DNA of 53,291 nucleotides, from the NCBI GenBank assembly GCA_964352365.1, contig CAYGRX010000001.1:1-53291 (forward strand). The letters run 5' to 3'. This document shows, in pieces, positions 1 through 9,931 of this stretch. Each line of letters starts with the position of its first letter. Positions within the stretch are counted from its first letter, which is position 1. The position numbers were made by a program, and so were the translations under genes. The notes beneath the pieces were generated by a model. It worked only from the letters and a program-made list of their open reading frames with translations, had not been told where the DNA came from and did not search any database. This DNA is from an uncultured Rickettsiales bacterium. GTDB lineage: Bacteria; Pseudomonadota; Alphaproteobacteria; Rickettsiales; UBA8987.

Positions 1-54
<54 letters not shown>

Positions 55-290
55 TATGGGTTGTGGTGGTTAATTATTTAATTAATTCTGCCACGTATAA
101 CCATACATATAATATGATTACTCTCGCCGTCCTTCATTTCTTGACAGAGATTCACGATTTAAAACATTCTCAATATTCATTTGCATTTAATTAAAAATAA
201 CAGTTTTAAATATTACAGATATTTAATTGTTATTTTGTATATTTTTTAGATAATATATACGTTAATAATTAAATGGTCTGGTTATATAAA

Positions 291-1022
291 ATGAAAAAAC
301 TTATAATATCTACTACATTGATTTTAGCATCTACAGCTGCAATTGCAGGCTCTGAATGGGGTTATGATGAGCAAAAGGGTCCTGATAAATGGAGCAGTTT
401 GCATAAAGATTATGAATTATGTAGTACGGGCAAATTTCAATCTCCATTCGATATAACTGGTGATTTAAAAGCTGGGTTAGAGGCTAAAAACTTTAATTAT
501 GGTGAAACTACTTATAAAGTTTCTAACACTGGTCATGGAATTAAAATAACTCCTGAAGTAGGTAATTACTTTGAAGTTGAAGGTCATAAATTTGAGCTTC
601 TACAATTTCATTTTCATACACCTAGTGAATACACAATTAACGGAAAGCAATCTCCAATGGTGGTTCACTTAGTTCATATGAATGAAGAAAATGAACTTGG
701 TGTTATTGGCGTAATGTATGAAGAAGGTGAATCTAATATTCTCATAGAAAAAGTTTGGTCAAATATTCCTAGTGAAATAGGTGGTGAGAATAATGCAAAA
801 GGTATGATTGATTTGAATGATCTACTTCCCGATAATAAAACTTATTATCGCTTTTCAGGTTCTTTAACTACACCTCCATGCTCTGAGGGGGTGAATTGGT
901 TTTTCATGAAGGATTCAATCTCTGCTTCTAAAGATCAGATTGACGCGCATACATCTATTTATCCAAATAATGCAAGAACTTTACAGGAAAAGGGTAATAG
1001 AATTGTAGTTGAAGGAAAATAG
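291..1022 (+). CDS. alpha-class carbonic anhydrase, exported (signal peptide MKKLIISTTLILASTAAIAG)
   Basis: Motifs SPFDI, LQFHFHTPSEY, VVHLVH (zinc His triad) and GSLTTPPCSEGVNW. The ORF track starts at 273, but the ATG at 291 precedes the signal peptide. Confidence 0.85.
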   Translation: MKKLIISTTLILASTAAIAGSEWGYDEQKGPDKWSSLHKDYELCSTGKFQSPFDITGDLKAGLEAKNFNYGETTYKVSNTGHGIKITPEVGNYFEVEGHKFELLQFHFHTPSEYTINGKQSPMVVHLVHMNEENELGVIGVMYEEGESNILIEKVWSNIPSEIGGENNAKGMIDLNDLLPDNKTYYRFSGSLTTPPCSEGVNWFFMKDSISASKDQIDAHTSIYPNNARTLQEKGNRIVVEGK

Positions 1023-1161
1023 TTAATATCTTTAGCAGTTTTTTGAGATAAATTAATATAAAATTCGAACAAAAACATCTTTTTAACACGTGTTTGTTAA
1101 CATCTTGTTAACCTTTTTAATGTTATAGTAATTATATAGGATTAGAGGGAGATAATAAGTC

Positions 1162-1308
1162 ATGAGCAGTCAAATTTCACAATATAAAGAAAAGACAGAT
1201 TTATTAAAAAAAGATTCACTAATAGATAACACGCCGCATAGGCAAGAATCGATGCAGATATTACTTTCTATGCAAGATGCATACCAATATCGAGATTTCT
1301 CTAGATAG
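1162..1308 (+). CDS. 48-aa hypothetical small protein (below ORF-track cutoff)
   Basis: ATG preceded by AGAGGGAG SD-like purine run. Translation MSSQISQYKEKTDLLKKDSLIDNTPHRQESMQILLSMQDAYQYRDFSR. No recognisable family. Confidence 0.25.
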   Translation: MSSQISQYKEKTDLLKKDSLIDNTPHRQESMQILLSMQDAYQYRDFSR

Positions 1309-1391
1309 ATTAAAGCTATTAAAACTTCTATCAACTTGAAGTAATCTCAATTAAATATATATTAAAGTGATTAACGATATATCATTTTAAT

Positions 1392-1958
1392 ATGACTTCA
1401 TCTCAAGGCCACAAGCATGAACCAATAATTTTGCCCTTCAAAGGCATATATCCAAAAATTTCAGATAAAGCATTTATCGCTCCAGGGGCGGTGATAATTG
1501 GTGATGTTGAAATCGGCGATTACACAAGCGTATGGCCTAACGTAGTTATCCGTGGTGACGTAAATTATATTCGCATCGGTAAGCGCACAAATATTCAAGA
1601 TGGTACAGTAGTTCACGTTACACGCAATTCAATTGCTGGAGATGGAGAGGCTGGCGCAACAATAATTGGTGATAACATTACTATTGGACATAATGCAATG
1701 CTACATGCTTGCAAATTACAAGATGCTTGTTTTATAGGTATGAGTTCAACTATTATAGATAACGCTCTGGTTGAGTCTGGAGCATTTGTAGCAGCAGGTG
1801 CAATGGTCACATCAAATAAAATAGTTAAAACAGGTGAGTTATGGGCTGGAAATCCAGCTAAATGTTTGCGTGAAATGAAGCAGTCAGAAAAAGATTTTAT
1901 TATGAAATCAGCCCAAAATTACGTAAATGATATGAATGATCATTTAGAGAGCTATTAG
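1392..1958 (+). CDS. gamma-carbonic-anhydrase-like / hexapeptide-repeat (LbH) protein, YrdA/PaaY family
   Basis: Left-handed beta-helix hexapeptide repeats (IGDVEIGD, VIRGDVNYIRIG, IGDNITIGHNAMLH) and the C-terminal WAGNPAK motif typical of the family. Confidence 0.8.
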   Translation: MTSSQGHKHEPIILPFKGIYPKISDKAFIAPGAVIIGDVEIGDYTSVWPNVVIRGDVNYIRIGKRTNIQDGTVVHVTRNSIAGDGEAGATIIGDNITIGHNAMLHACKLQDACFIGMSSTIIDNALVESGAFVAAGAMVTSNKIVKTGELWAGNPAKCLREMKQSEKDFIMKSAQNYVNDMNDHLESY

Positions 1959-1960
1959 AT

Positions 1961-2278
1961 ATGAAATCTTTACACTCTATAAATACTGCAATACTTATCA
2001 TATTAGGCTTTATAACAATAACTTGGTTTATATTTGTAGGTGGTCTCTTTTTTGTTGTTTCGGGCTCTGCAAAGTCTCTTTTTTCTGCGTTTATTCCGTT
2101 TATATTACAGGCTATATTGTTATTTATAGGAAATGGGTTAACAATAAAATATGCCGATAATAATGATAGTAAACAAAAATTCTTTGAGACTGAAGATCAG
2201 GAAAAATATAGAAAATATGTTGTGATTTCTTTGCTTTTTTATTCACTGGAATGGCTGGCTTACTACTTAATTTCTTAA
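1961..2278 (+). CDS. small integral membrane protein, unknown function
   Basis: Hydrophobic segments (ILIILGFITITWFIFVGGLFFVV, FIPFILQAILLFIG, VVISLLFY). Starts 3 nt after the upstream stop. Confidence 0.5.
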   Translation: MKSLHSINTAILIILGFITITWFIFVGGLFFVVSGSAKSLFSAFIPFILQAILLFIGNGLTIKYADNNDSKQKFFETEDQEKYRKYVVISLLFYSLEWLAYYLIS

Positions 2279-2284
2279 ATCATT

Positions 2285-3349
2285 ATGAAAATAATAAACG
2301 CAATGTTTGCCAAGGGCTTGGGTGGAATTGAACAAGCTTTTTTGGATTATACAAAAGCCTTAATTTTGGAAGGTAATCATGTGCTGTGCGTTGTTCACCC
2401 CAAGGCAAAAATAATTGAGAAGCTAGAGATTCTAGAAGATAAATATCAAGAAAATATAGAAATTAAAAAAATTCCTAACTTAGGTTACTGGGATTTTTTT
2501 GCTAGTCTATGCCTAGACTGTGTTGTTAGAAAATCAGGTGCATCTGGGATTATAGCTCATGGGAACCGTCCAACATCATTATTGCGTTATGGGGCAAGTA
2601 AAAATAATATACCGCTGATATCTGTTGCTCATAATTACAAGTTCAAACCCCTATTAAAAGCGGATCATATATTTTCTATAACAAATCATTTGAAGGGCCA
2701 CATAGTAGATTTTGGTTATAAAGAGGGGGTTTCCATTATCCCTAATATGATTGAGCTTGAGGATCTTTGTGAGGTAAATAATAAAAATTTAAAAACTAAT
2801 AAAACCATCACAATTGGTGTTATTTCTAGGTTTGTTAAAAAGAAGGGGGTTGATTCATTTTTGAAAGCTTGTTCTGCATTAGTTTCTCAAAATATTAATT
2901 TCAATGCAATCATAGCGGGTTGTGGTGAGCAGACAGAAGATCTTCAAAAACTCAGGGATGAGTTAAATTTAAATAATCATGTTAAATTCGTTGGTTGGGT
3001 GAGTGATAAAAACTCTTTTTATAATTCAATTGATATATTCTGTTTACCCTCTCTACATGAGCCTTTTGGCATTGTGCTTTTAGAGGCAATGAAATATAAA
3101 AAACCAATAGTTAGTTCAAATTCAGAAGGGCCAAGTGAAATTTTGGAGCATGAAGAGGATTCATTGGTTTTTGAAGCTAATCATTCTGGTGAAATGGCAA
3201 TTCAACTTATAAAGATGATAGAGTCGGAAAAATTAAGAGAAAGACTTTCAAAAAAAGCTCATCAAAAATTGTTATATGAGTATGATATTAAGAAAGTCGC
3301 AAAAACTTTAAGTTCTGCTATTGAAGAAGTCGTAAAAATAGCTAAGTGA
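2285..3349 (+). CDS. glycosyltransferase family 4 (GT-B, GT1 domain), probably envelope/LPS-core related
   Basis: C-terminal E-x7-E motif region SLHEPFGIVLLEAMKYKKPIVSSN, typical length and layout. Confidence 0.8.
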   Translation: MKIINAMFAKGLGGIEQAFLDYTKALILEGNHVLCVVHPKAKIIEKLEILEDKYQENIEIKKIPNLGYWDFFASLCLDCVVRKSGASGIIAHGNRPTSLLRYGASKNNIPLISVAHNYKFKPLLKADHIFSITNHLKGHIVDFGYKEGVSIIPNMIELEDLCEVNNKNLKTNKTITIGVISRFVKKKGVDSFLKACSALVSQNINFNAIIAGCGEQTEDLQKLRDELNLNNHVKFVGWVSDKNSFYNSIDIFCLPSLHEPFGIVLLEAMKYKKPIVSSNSEGPSEILEHEEDSLVFEANHSGEMAIQLIKMIESEKLRERLSKKAHQKLLYEYDIKKVAKTLSSAIEEVVKIAK

Positions 3350-4224
3350 TTTGTATGATAAATAATATATATATACCTCTCAATAGATCAGTAATAGGAA
3401 TTTCTGGTGAGGACTCCACAAAGCTTTTACAAGGTATAATTTCAAACGACATTGAAAAAGTTACTGAGAAAAAAGCAATTTATACTTTTCAGCTAACTCC
3501 ACAGGGTAAATATCTTTTTGATTTTTTTATTTCTCTAAAAGATGGTCAATATCTTATAGATATAGCGGAAAGACAAAGGGATGAGTTTTTAAAAAAGTTA
3601 AAAATGTATAAGCTTCGTTCAAAAGTTGAAATAATTGATTTATCAACCCAGATGGAGGTGGTAAGTTTAATTGGGGATAAAGTTTTTCAAAAAATTGGTG
3701 AGGATGAAGATTCGGGTTCAGTTCATGAATTTTGTAAAGGGCATGCGTTTCTAGATCCTAGATCTAACCTTATGTATGCCCGTGCAATAATTGGTCGAGA
3801 TAACAATTATCAGGCATTCCAATCTCAAGAGTTTATGCTAGCTGAAGTTAAGGAATATAATAAATTAAGAATTGAAAATAATATTCCTGAAGGTGAGTTT
3901 GACCTTGTTCAAGATAAGTCCTACCCATTACAATTTAAAATGATTAATCTTAATGCTGTGGATTTTAAAAAGGGGTGTTACGTGGGGCAGGAAGTTACAG
4001 CCAGAACCTATCATAGGGGAGTGGTACGAAAGCAAGTTTTTTCTCTCGCCTGTGATTCAAAAATTACCCATGAAGGAAATTTTGATATTATTATATCAGA
4101 AAAGAGGGTCGGGAATTTCCTATCAAAATTGGAGAATAATTGCCTTGCTTTGTTAGATGTTGATTTTGCAACTAGCAATAAATCATTTGAATTTGAAGGT
4201 CATAAGTATACTATACGCCCATGA
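3346..4224 (+). CDS. ygfZ: YgfZ-type folate-binding protein (Fe-S cluster repair / tRNA modification associated)
   Basis: Signature KGCYVGQE near the C-terminus and an aminomethyltransferase-like N-terminal half. The true start may be the ATG at 3355. Confidence 0.75.
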   Translation: MICMINNIYIPLNRSVIGISGEDSTKLLQGIISNDIEKVTEKKAIYTFQLTPQGKYLFDFFISLKDGQYLIDIAERQRDEFLKKLKMYKLRSKVEIIDLSTQMEVVSLIGDKVFQKIGEDEDSGSVHEFCKGHAFLDPRSNLMYARAIIGRDNNYQAFQSQEFMLAEVKEYNKLRIENNIPEGEFDLVQDKSYPLQFKMINLNAVDFKKGCYVGQEVTARTYHRGVVRKQVFSLACDSKITHEGNFDIIISEKRVGNFLSKLENNCLALLDVDFATSNKSFEFEGHKYTIRP

Positions 4225-5330
4225 AAAACATTAATGAAGCAAAGACTATAGTTGTAAAAATCGGCTCATCTTTATTAGCTGACAAAAAACGTAACTTAAG
4301 AAAAAAATGGATAGCCTCAGTAACTGAAGATATCGCAGAACTGGCAAAAACTGGCAAGGATATTGTTATAGTTTCATCAGGGGCGGTTGCGCTAGGTAGA
4401 AAAGTAATTTCGAAAAATAGGCAAAAGCTAAAAATTGAAGAAAAGCAAGCCGCTGCTGCCATAGGTCAACCACTCCTTATGACTGAATATCGCCGTGCCT
4501 TTGCTGAGTTTAAATATAAATGTGCAGAAATACTTATTACAATTTCTGATATTGAGAATAGAAGACGTTATTTGAATGCAAAAAACACAATTCAAAAGCT
4601 AATTGAGTACAATGTTATACCAATTGTTAATGAAAATGACACTGTTGCTACTAATGAACTTCGCTTTGGGGACAATGACCGCATATCAGCTTTAGTTGCT
4701 CAAATGATTCATGCAGATTTGCTAATAATACTTTCTGATATTGATGGTTTATATACAGATGATCCTAGTAAAAACCCCGATGCTAAATTTATTCCAGTAG
4801 TAACCGATATTGAGTCAGTAAGGGAGAGTGCGAAAGGTCCATCTTCAAGTGTTGGTAGTGGTGGTATGATCACCAAAATAGATGCTGCTGAAATCGCTGA
4901 TAATGCTGGTTGTTCAACGGTTATAACAAGAGGGAACGTTCAGCATCCTCTTAGGAAGCTATTTAAAGGTGGTATTCATACATTTTTTAAGTCAGGGGAT
5001 GATCCTATCTCAGCTAGAAAAAAATGGATACTTAACGCACCAATTTCTCATGGGGTTGTTATTGTTGATGATGGTTGTGAAAAAGCCTTAATAAACAAAA
5101 AAAGTCTACTTGCAGTTGGTATTACCAGCACTATTGGAGAGTATGGTAGAGGTGATGTAATTATTGTTAGAAACCAGCGCGGTGAAGATATAGCGCAAGG
5201 TATAACGGCATTCTCAAGTTTGGATGTTGAAAGGGTAAAAGGTAAACACTCCTCTGAAGTTGAGTCTATTTTAGGGTTCTCGGGTCGTGACGCAATTATA
5301 CATATTGATGACTTAGCTTTAATTAATTAG
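4221..5330 (+). CDS. proB: glutamate 5-kinase with C-terminal PUA domain
   Basis: VVKIGSSLL, VSSGAVALG, NENDTVATNELRFGDNDRISALVA, GSGGMITKI. ATGA overlap with the ygfZ stop. Confidence 0.9.
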   Translation: MKNINEAKTIVVKIGSSLLADKKRNLRKKWIASVTEDIAELAKTGKDIVIVSSGAVALGRKVISKNRQKLKIEEKQAAAAIGQPLLMTEYRRAFAEFKYKCAEILITISDIENRRRYLNAKNTIQKLIEYNVIPIVNENDTVATNELRFGDNDRISALVAQMIHADLLIILSDIDGLYTDDPSKNPDAKFIPVVTDIESVRESAKGPSSSVGSGGMITKIDAAEIADNAGCSTVITRGNVQHPLRKLFKGGIHTFFKSGDDPISARKKWILNAPISHGVVIVDDGCEKALINKKSLLAVGITSTIGEYGRGDVIIVRNQRGEDIAQGITAFSSLDVERVKGKHSSEVESILGFSGRDAIIHIDDLALIN

Positions 5331-5340
5331 TTAAATTACA

Positions 5341-5826
5341 ATGATAGTTAGGGAATTTAAATCTTCTGATGAAAATTCAGTTTTAGAAATAATATCTTCA
5401 GCTTTTTCTAAAGGGGATACTTATCCATATGATCCAGACTTATCTAAAAAAGAATTTGCTGAAATTTGGTTTTCTTCAGATAAAAAAGTTTTTGTAGCAG
5501 AGTCTGAAAAAGCAGAAATCTTAGGTACTTTTTACATAAAACCCAATCAACCATCATTAGGATCGCATATCTGTAATGCGGGGTTTGTAGTATGTGATAA
5601 ATCTAAGGGTAAGGGTGTTGGAAAAGCAATGGCAGAATTTTCTCTTCAAAAAGCAAGGGAGCTTGGCTATTTAGCGATGCAATTTAATTTAGTTTTGGCT
5701 GACAACACTGCCTCCTTAAAAATTTGGGAGAATCTTGGGTTTTCTAAAATTGGTTTAGTTCCAGAAGCATTTAAAAGTAAAAATGGTGATTTTGTTGATG
5801 CTTATATAATTTATAAAAAGCTATAA
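5341..5826 (+). CDS. GNAT-family N-acetyltransferase
   Basis: Acetyl-CoA binding motif region KGKGVGKAMAEFSLQKARELGY and typical ~160-aa size. Confidence 0.75.
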   Translation: MIVREFKSSDENSVLEIISSAFSKGDTYPYDPDLSKKEFAEIWFSSDKKVFVAESEKAEILGTFYIKPNQPSLGSHICNAGFVVCDKSKGKGVGKAMAEFSLQKARELGYLAMQFNLVLADNTASLKIWENLGFSKIGLVPEAFKSKNGDFVDAYIIYKKL

Positions 5827-5930
5827 AAGCCATATTATAGTAAAAAATACTTGGCATTATAAAAAAGCTAATATATAAAACCCTCACCTTAATGTGACGC
5901 TAGTTTCTTTACTAGCACATTTCCCAAATT

Positions 5931-6007
5931 GCGGGTGTAGCTCAGCTGGTTAGAGCGTCGGCCTGTCACGCCGAAGGTCGCGGGTTCGAGTCCCGTCACT
6001 CGCGCCA
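5931..6007 (+). tRNA. tRNA-Asp (GUC)
   Basis: Acceptor stem GCGGGTG/CACTCGC, anticodon loop CCTGTCACG, T arm GCGGGTTCGAGTCCCGT, encoded CCA. Confidence 0.9.
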
Positions 6008-6035
6008 CTATTTTAGTGGCAGTTATTTAACTAAA

Positions 6036-6530
6036 TCAATCATAATTAACTTCAACTAAGAAAGCTGGCTGATAGTTACCAGTGGTAATTTCTGGTTCAA
6101 CCCATAATCTTGAAAATATACTCATTTCCACGCCTATGTTCGTCGGTGCTGAAACATTTGAAACTCCTTGCCTTAAGCGCAAGACATCACCATTATATAC
6201 CCCATTAATTCTTCTAAATTTCAATTCGGGATGTGTATTTAAGTCAAGCGCACGAATGTTAATTGTTTCTGTATCCGAGCCAGTAATTTGAATTAAGCCA
6301 TTTTGAACGGGGCTACTATCAAGAATATTTGCAGTTCCTTCTGAAGTTCCATTTCTTCTTACTCCAACCCAAACTCTTTCAGTTGGTTTTTCTATTACTC
6401 CAAAATTAAGCCTGGACAGCTCTGTAATCCTTAGTGGGCTTAGTAGTTTTATATTGCTATTTCCGTTGAAGCTAGCAAAAGACTGGCTAGCAAAAAACGA
6501 TATAACTAAAGTTATAATTAGTTTTTTCAT
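6036..6530 (-). CDS. secreted beta-rich protein of unknown function (DUF4402-like, tentative)
   Basis: Signal peptide MKKLIITLVISFFASQSFA. The LNFGVI motif early in the mature part resembles DUF4402 proteins. Confidence 0.45.
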   Translation of the reverse strand: MKKLIITLVISFFASQSFASFNGNSNIKLLSPLRITELSRLNFGVIEKPTERVWVGVRRNGTSEGTANILDSSPVQNGLIQITGSDTETINIRALDLNTHPELKFRRINGVYNGDVLRLRQGVSNVSAPTNIGVEMSIFSRLWVEPEITTGNYQPAFLVEVNYD

Positions 6531-6844
6531 AAGTCGTTGAGTTTTACTGATTCTAATCTTTATTATAGCACATAAAACTTTAACTAAAGGTAAATATGAT
6601 TCTCTTATAAATTGAATAAAATTTTATATTTCCAGTAAAAATGGAAAGGTGTTGGGTGCAAGTCATTTTACTGTAACGGCCTTTATAGTCTTCCTATAAA
6701 CTATTGTAATATTTTAAGTGAGGTGATAAATCTTTAATATAAAATTTAATATTAAAAAAGGTCTGCCGCTATGACAATAAAATCTTACTTTCACTAAACT
6801 CAAATTTACTTATTTCCATATCAGATGCTTTTCTAAGGGAAAAA

Positions 6845-7714
6845 GTGGAAGAAAATTATTCTATGCCTCCTAAGTCCGAAGGTTTGGTTCAGCAAACAAA
6901 ACCCTATGACAAAGACACTGCTAAGTCATGTGATGGTGAAAAGCCTCATATCTTTAACGGTACAGTCCAAGATGATAAAATGAAAGGGACTCAATGTGAT
7001 GATTATATGTATGGTTATGAGGGGAGTGACATAATTTATAGTTACGCTGGTGATGATTATATTGTTAACGGCAAAGGTAGTGATGAAATACATGGTGGCG
7101 AAGGATATGATATATTAGACTTCTCTAACTATACAAATAATTCTGGTAGTATTAGCATGCAAACCCAGGTCTGGGTTAATACTGGTTTTATACGAATAAT
7201 TGACCATGATGGCTTAATTTCTGGAGGATCTAATCAGTTTGAGGTTATAGATGATTTATTTAATATCTCAGGTACTCAAACATCAGTAAATTCATACTTT
7301 GGTATTGAGGAGATTATTGGAACAGATTTAAACGATGTTATTATATCAAATATTTCCCTTAACAATGTTGAAACTATTAGAGGTGGTGAAGGTGATGACT
7401 ATTTACTCGGAAGGTATTTGCAAGATGCAATCTATGGTGGTGAAGGTGATGACATATTCAACCTAACGGGCGCTTCGAAAAACACAGTATATGGTGGTGA
7501 AGGCAATGATATATTCAGATTTACTGGTCTTTACGAACCATTTGAAGGTGAAAATGACTTCAACAAAATAATGGATTTTGAGCATGGTAATGATTATTTT
7601 ATACTGGATGAGAATGTTTATGGAAGCTATTCAGATTTAGAAATTTATAGGGAAAATGGCTCAACGTTTATAACAACATCTTTTGAATCTGGTAATGAGT
7701 TTATTGCGCCTTAA
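6845..7714 (+). CDS. RTX-type calcium-binding repeat protein (possibly truncated by a premature TAA, see findings)
   Basis: Repeated GGxGxD nonapeptides: GGEGYDILD, GGEGDDYLLG, GGEGDDIFN, GGEGNDIFR. GTG start in the ORF track. Confidence 0.7.
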   Translation: MEENYSMPPKSEGLVQQTKPYDKDTAKSCDGEKPHIFNGTVQDDKMKGTQCDDYMYGYEGSDIIYSYAGDDYIVNGKGSDEIHGGEGYDILDFSNYTNNSGSISMQTQVWVNTGFIRIIDHDGLISGGSNQFEVIDDLFNISGTQTSVNSYFGIEEIIGTDLNDVIISNISLNNVETIRGGEGDDYLLGRYLQDAIYGGEGDDIFNLTGASKNTVYGGEGNDIFRFTGLYEPFEGENDFNKIMDFEHGNDYFILDENVYGSYSDLEIYRENGSTFITTSFESGNEFIAP

Positions 7715-7924
7715 ATCGAGTTGCTAGGCGAGTATGATCTAACTAGCTCTGATTTTATATTTGCAGTATAACTTATGTTGCAAAACTTCAAGATAGAATA
7801 TCTTTATTTGCGCTAAATTTATACATTTTTCAGTTTAGGTTGCGGCTAGATGATGCTTAATGTAACTCTAGTTAGAGTTTAGTGTGCGAACTGCTCAACC
7901 CATTATTTAATCAAAATCATTTAA

Positions 7925-9181
7925 TTGATGTCAAAAGCCCAAAAAATTGCTGTTTTAGATATTGCTAGCAGTAAAGTAGTTTGTGTTATTGCATCAGTAA
8001 ATGGAGATCAAATTCCTAAAATTCTTGGTTTCGGTCATCAGCTTTCAGAAGGTGTTAGAGCAGGAATTATAATCGATATTAAAAAAGCAGAACGTTCTAT
8101 TTTAGCGGCTCTTAACGCAGCAGAAAAAATGGCAGGTGAAACTGTTGATGAGGCTTATATCAACATTTCTGGTGCAACAATAAATTCTAGCCATATTAAT
8201 ATTGAAACAAAAATTTCTGGTCATGAAGTAACATTCAAAGATTTAGATTTAATGCTGAATAATGGCAATGATCTAATTGTTAATGATGAAACTGAAATTA
8301 TTCAGTCAATGCCGCTTGGTTATAAAATTGATGATAGTGAGGGGATAAAAGACCCTATAGGTATGTTTGGTCAGGTAATATCAACTAACCTTCATGTTGT
8401 TACTGCTTCAAAGACTTCAGTTAAAAACATTCGTAACTGTTTGGCGAAATGCCATGTTTCTGTAAAAGGATTTATAGTATCATCTTTTGCCTCTGGTCTT
8501 GCAACTCTTAGTGAGGATGAATCTGAAATTGGTGTAACCATGCTTGATATAGGGGCGGGAAACACGTCGATCGCAATATTTTCTGAAGGTTATCCCGTTT
8601 ATTTTGATTCGATCCCAGTTGGAGGAAACCATATAACTAAAGATATCGCTCTAGGGTTGTCAGTTAGTCAACCATTTGCTGAAAGGTTAAAGGTGATTCA
8701 TGGAAACGCAGTTTCAACGGATAATGATGACCTTGATAATATTGAGATTATGGATGAAGAAGATAACCTCGGATCAGTGAAATCAATTACTAAAGCTGAG
8801 TTAACCTCAATTATAAGGCCAAGGGTTGAAGAGATATTAGAGTTAGCAAAAAATAATTTGGAGAAAAGTGGATTATATTCAATTTCAGGCAATAAAGTAG
8901 TTATAACTGGTGGTTCATCACAGCTTCAAGGTTTGAAAGAGGTGGCAAATTTTACCTTCAATAAACATGCAAAAATCTCTTTTCCTAAAGAAGTTAAAGG
9001 TTTGCCAGAATCAGCTAAGGGGCCAGCTTTTTCAACGGCGATTGGGATGGTTATCCATGTTGCGGAGATAAAATCTAAAAAAGAGGTTAGGGGGAAGTTT
9101 AGTCCAATGGAAATGGTGTCCTCCTCAAATTCTTCAAATAAATCTTTCAGAATCGTTGAATGGTTTAAGAGAAACTTCTAA
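7925..9181 (+). CDS. ftsA: cell division protein FtsA
   Basis: Actin-fold motifs LDIASSKVVCVI, LDIGAGNTSIAIF, VITGGSSQLQGL. The ATG at 7928 is the likely start. Confidence 0.9.
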   Translation: MMSKAQKIAVLDIASSKVVCVIASVNGDQIPKILGFGHQLSEGVRAGIIIDIKKAERSILAALNAAEKMAGETVDEAYINISGATINSSHINIETKISGHEVTFKDLDLMLNNGNDLIVNDETEIIQSMPLGYKIDDSEGIKDPIGMFGQVISTNLHVVTASKTSVKNIRNCLAKCHVSVKGFIVSSFASGLATLSEDESEIGVTMLDIGAGNTSIAIFSEGYPVYFDSIPVGGNHITKDIALGLSVSQPFAERLKVIHGNAVSTDNDDLDNIEIMDEEDNLGSVKSITKAELTSIIRPRVEEILELAKNNLEKSGLYSISGNKVVITGGSSQLQGLKEVANFTFNKHAKISFPKEVKGLPESAKGPAFSTAIGMVIHVAEIKSKKEVRGKFSPMEMVSSSNSSNKSFRIVEWFKRNF

Positions 9182-9190
9182 AAGAAGTAC

Positions 9191-9928
9191 ATGACTAGAT
9201 ATAAACTTAAAATTGAATATGATGGAACTGGCATTCATGGGTGGCAACGCCAAAAAAATGACCTAACTTTGCAGGAAATTTTTGAAGATTCACTCTATAA
9301 ACTTACTAATGAAAAAATTGAAGTTGTTGCAAGTGGTCGAACGGATGCAGGAGTTCATGCGTTTGGACAGGTTGTGCATTTTGATTTGAATAAAGATTGG
9401 GATGAATTTAAAATTCTAACAGGGCTAAATCACCACCTTATTAGAAAATCTATTTCAGTCCTATCCTCAAAAAAGGTATCTGATGATTTTCATTCAAGGT
9501 TTTCAGCTAAAAAAAGATATTATAGATATATCATATTAAATAGAAAATCTCCTTCGCCTCTTTATAGGGGCAGGGCTTGGCACGTTGTAAATAAACTTGA
9601 TACTAAAAAGATGCGTGATGCAGCAAAGTACCTTATTGGTACTCATGACTTTTCAAGTTTTAGAGCATCGGAATGTCAGTCTAAAAACCCTATTAAAACT
9701 TTGGAATCAATAGATATTACTGAAAAGGGAGATCAAATAATTTTTGATATATCAGCCATTTCATTCCTTCACCACCAATGCAGAAACATGGTAGGTACTT
9801 TAAAGGAGGTTGGTGAAGGGAAAATTCACCCAGAGGATATTTCTGCAATAATTGAATCAAAAAGTCGTAGCGAAGCTGGTGTTACTGCTCCAGCTCATGG
9901 GCTATATTTTATGAAGGTTGAATATTAA
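9191..9928 (+). CDS. truA: tRNA pseudouridine(38-40) synthase TruA
   Basis: YDGTGIHGWQRQ, catalytic GRTDAGVHA, FLHHQCRNMVG. Confidence 0.9.
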   Translation: MTRYKLKIEYDGTGIHGWQRQKNDLTLQEIFEDSLYKLTNEKIEVVASGRTDAGVHAFGQVVHFDLNKDWDEFKILTGLNHHLIRKSISVLSSKKVSDDFHSRFSAKKRYYRYIILNRKSPSPLYRGRAWHVVNKLDTKKMRDAAKYLIGTHDFSSFRASECQSKNPIKTLESIDITEKGDQIIFDISAISFLHHQCRNMVGTLKEVGEGKIHPEDISAIIESKSRSEAGVTAPAHGLYFMKVEY

Positions 9929-9931
9929 TAA

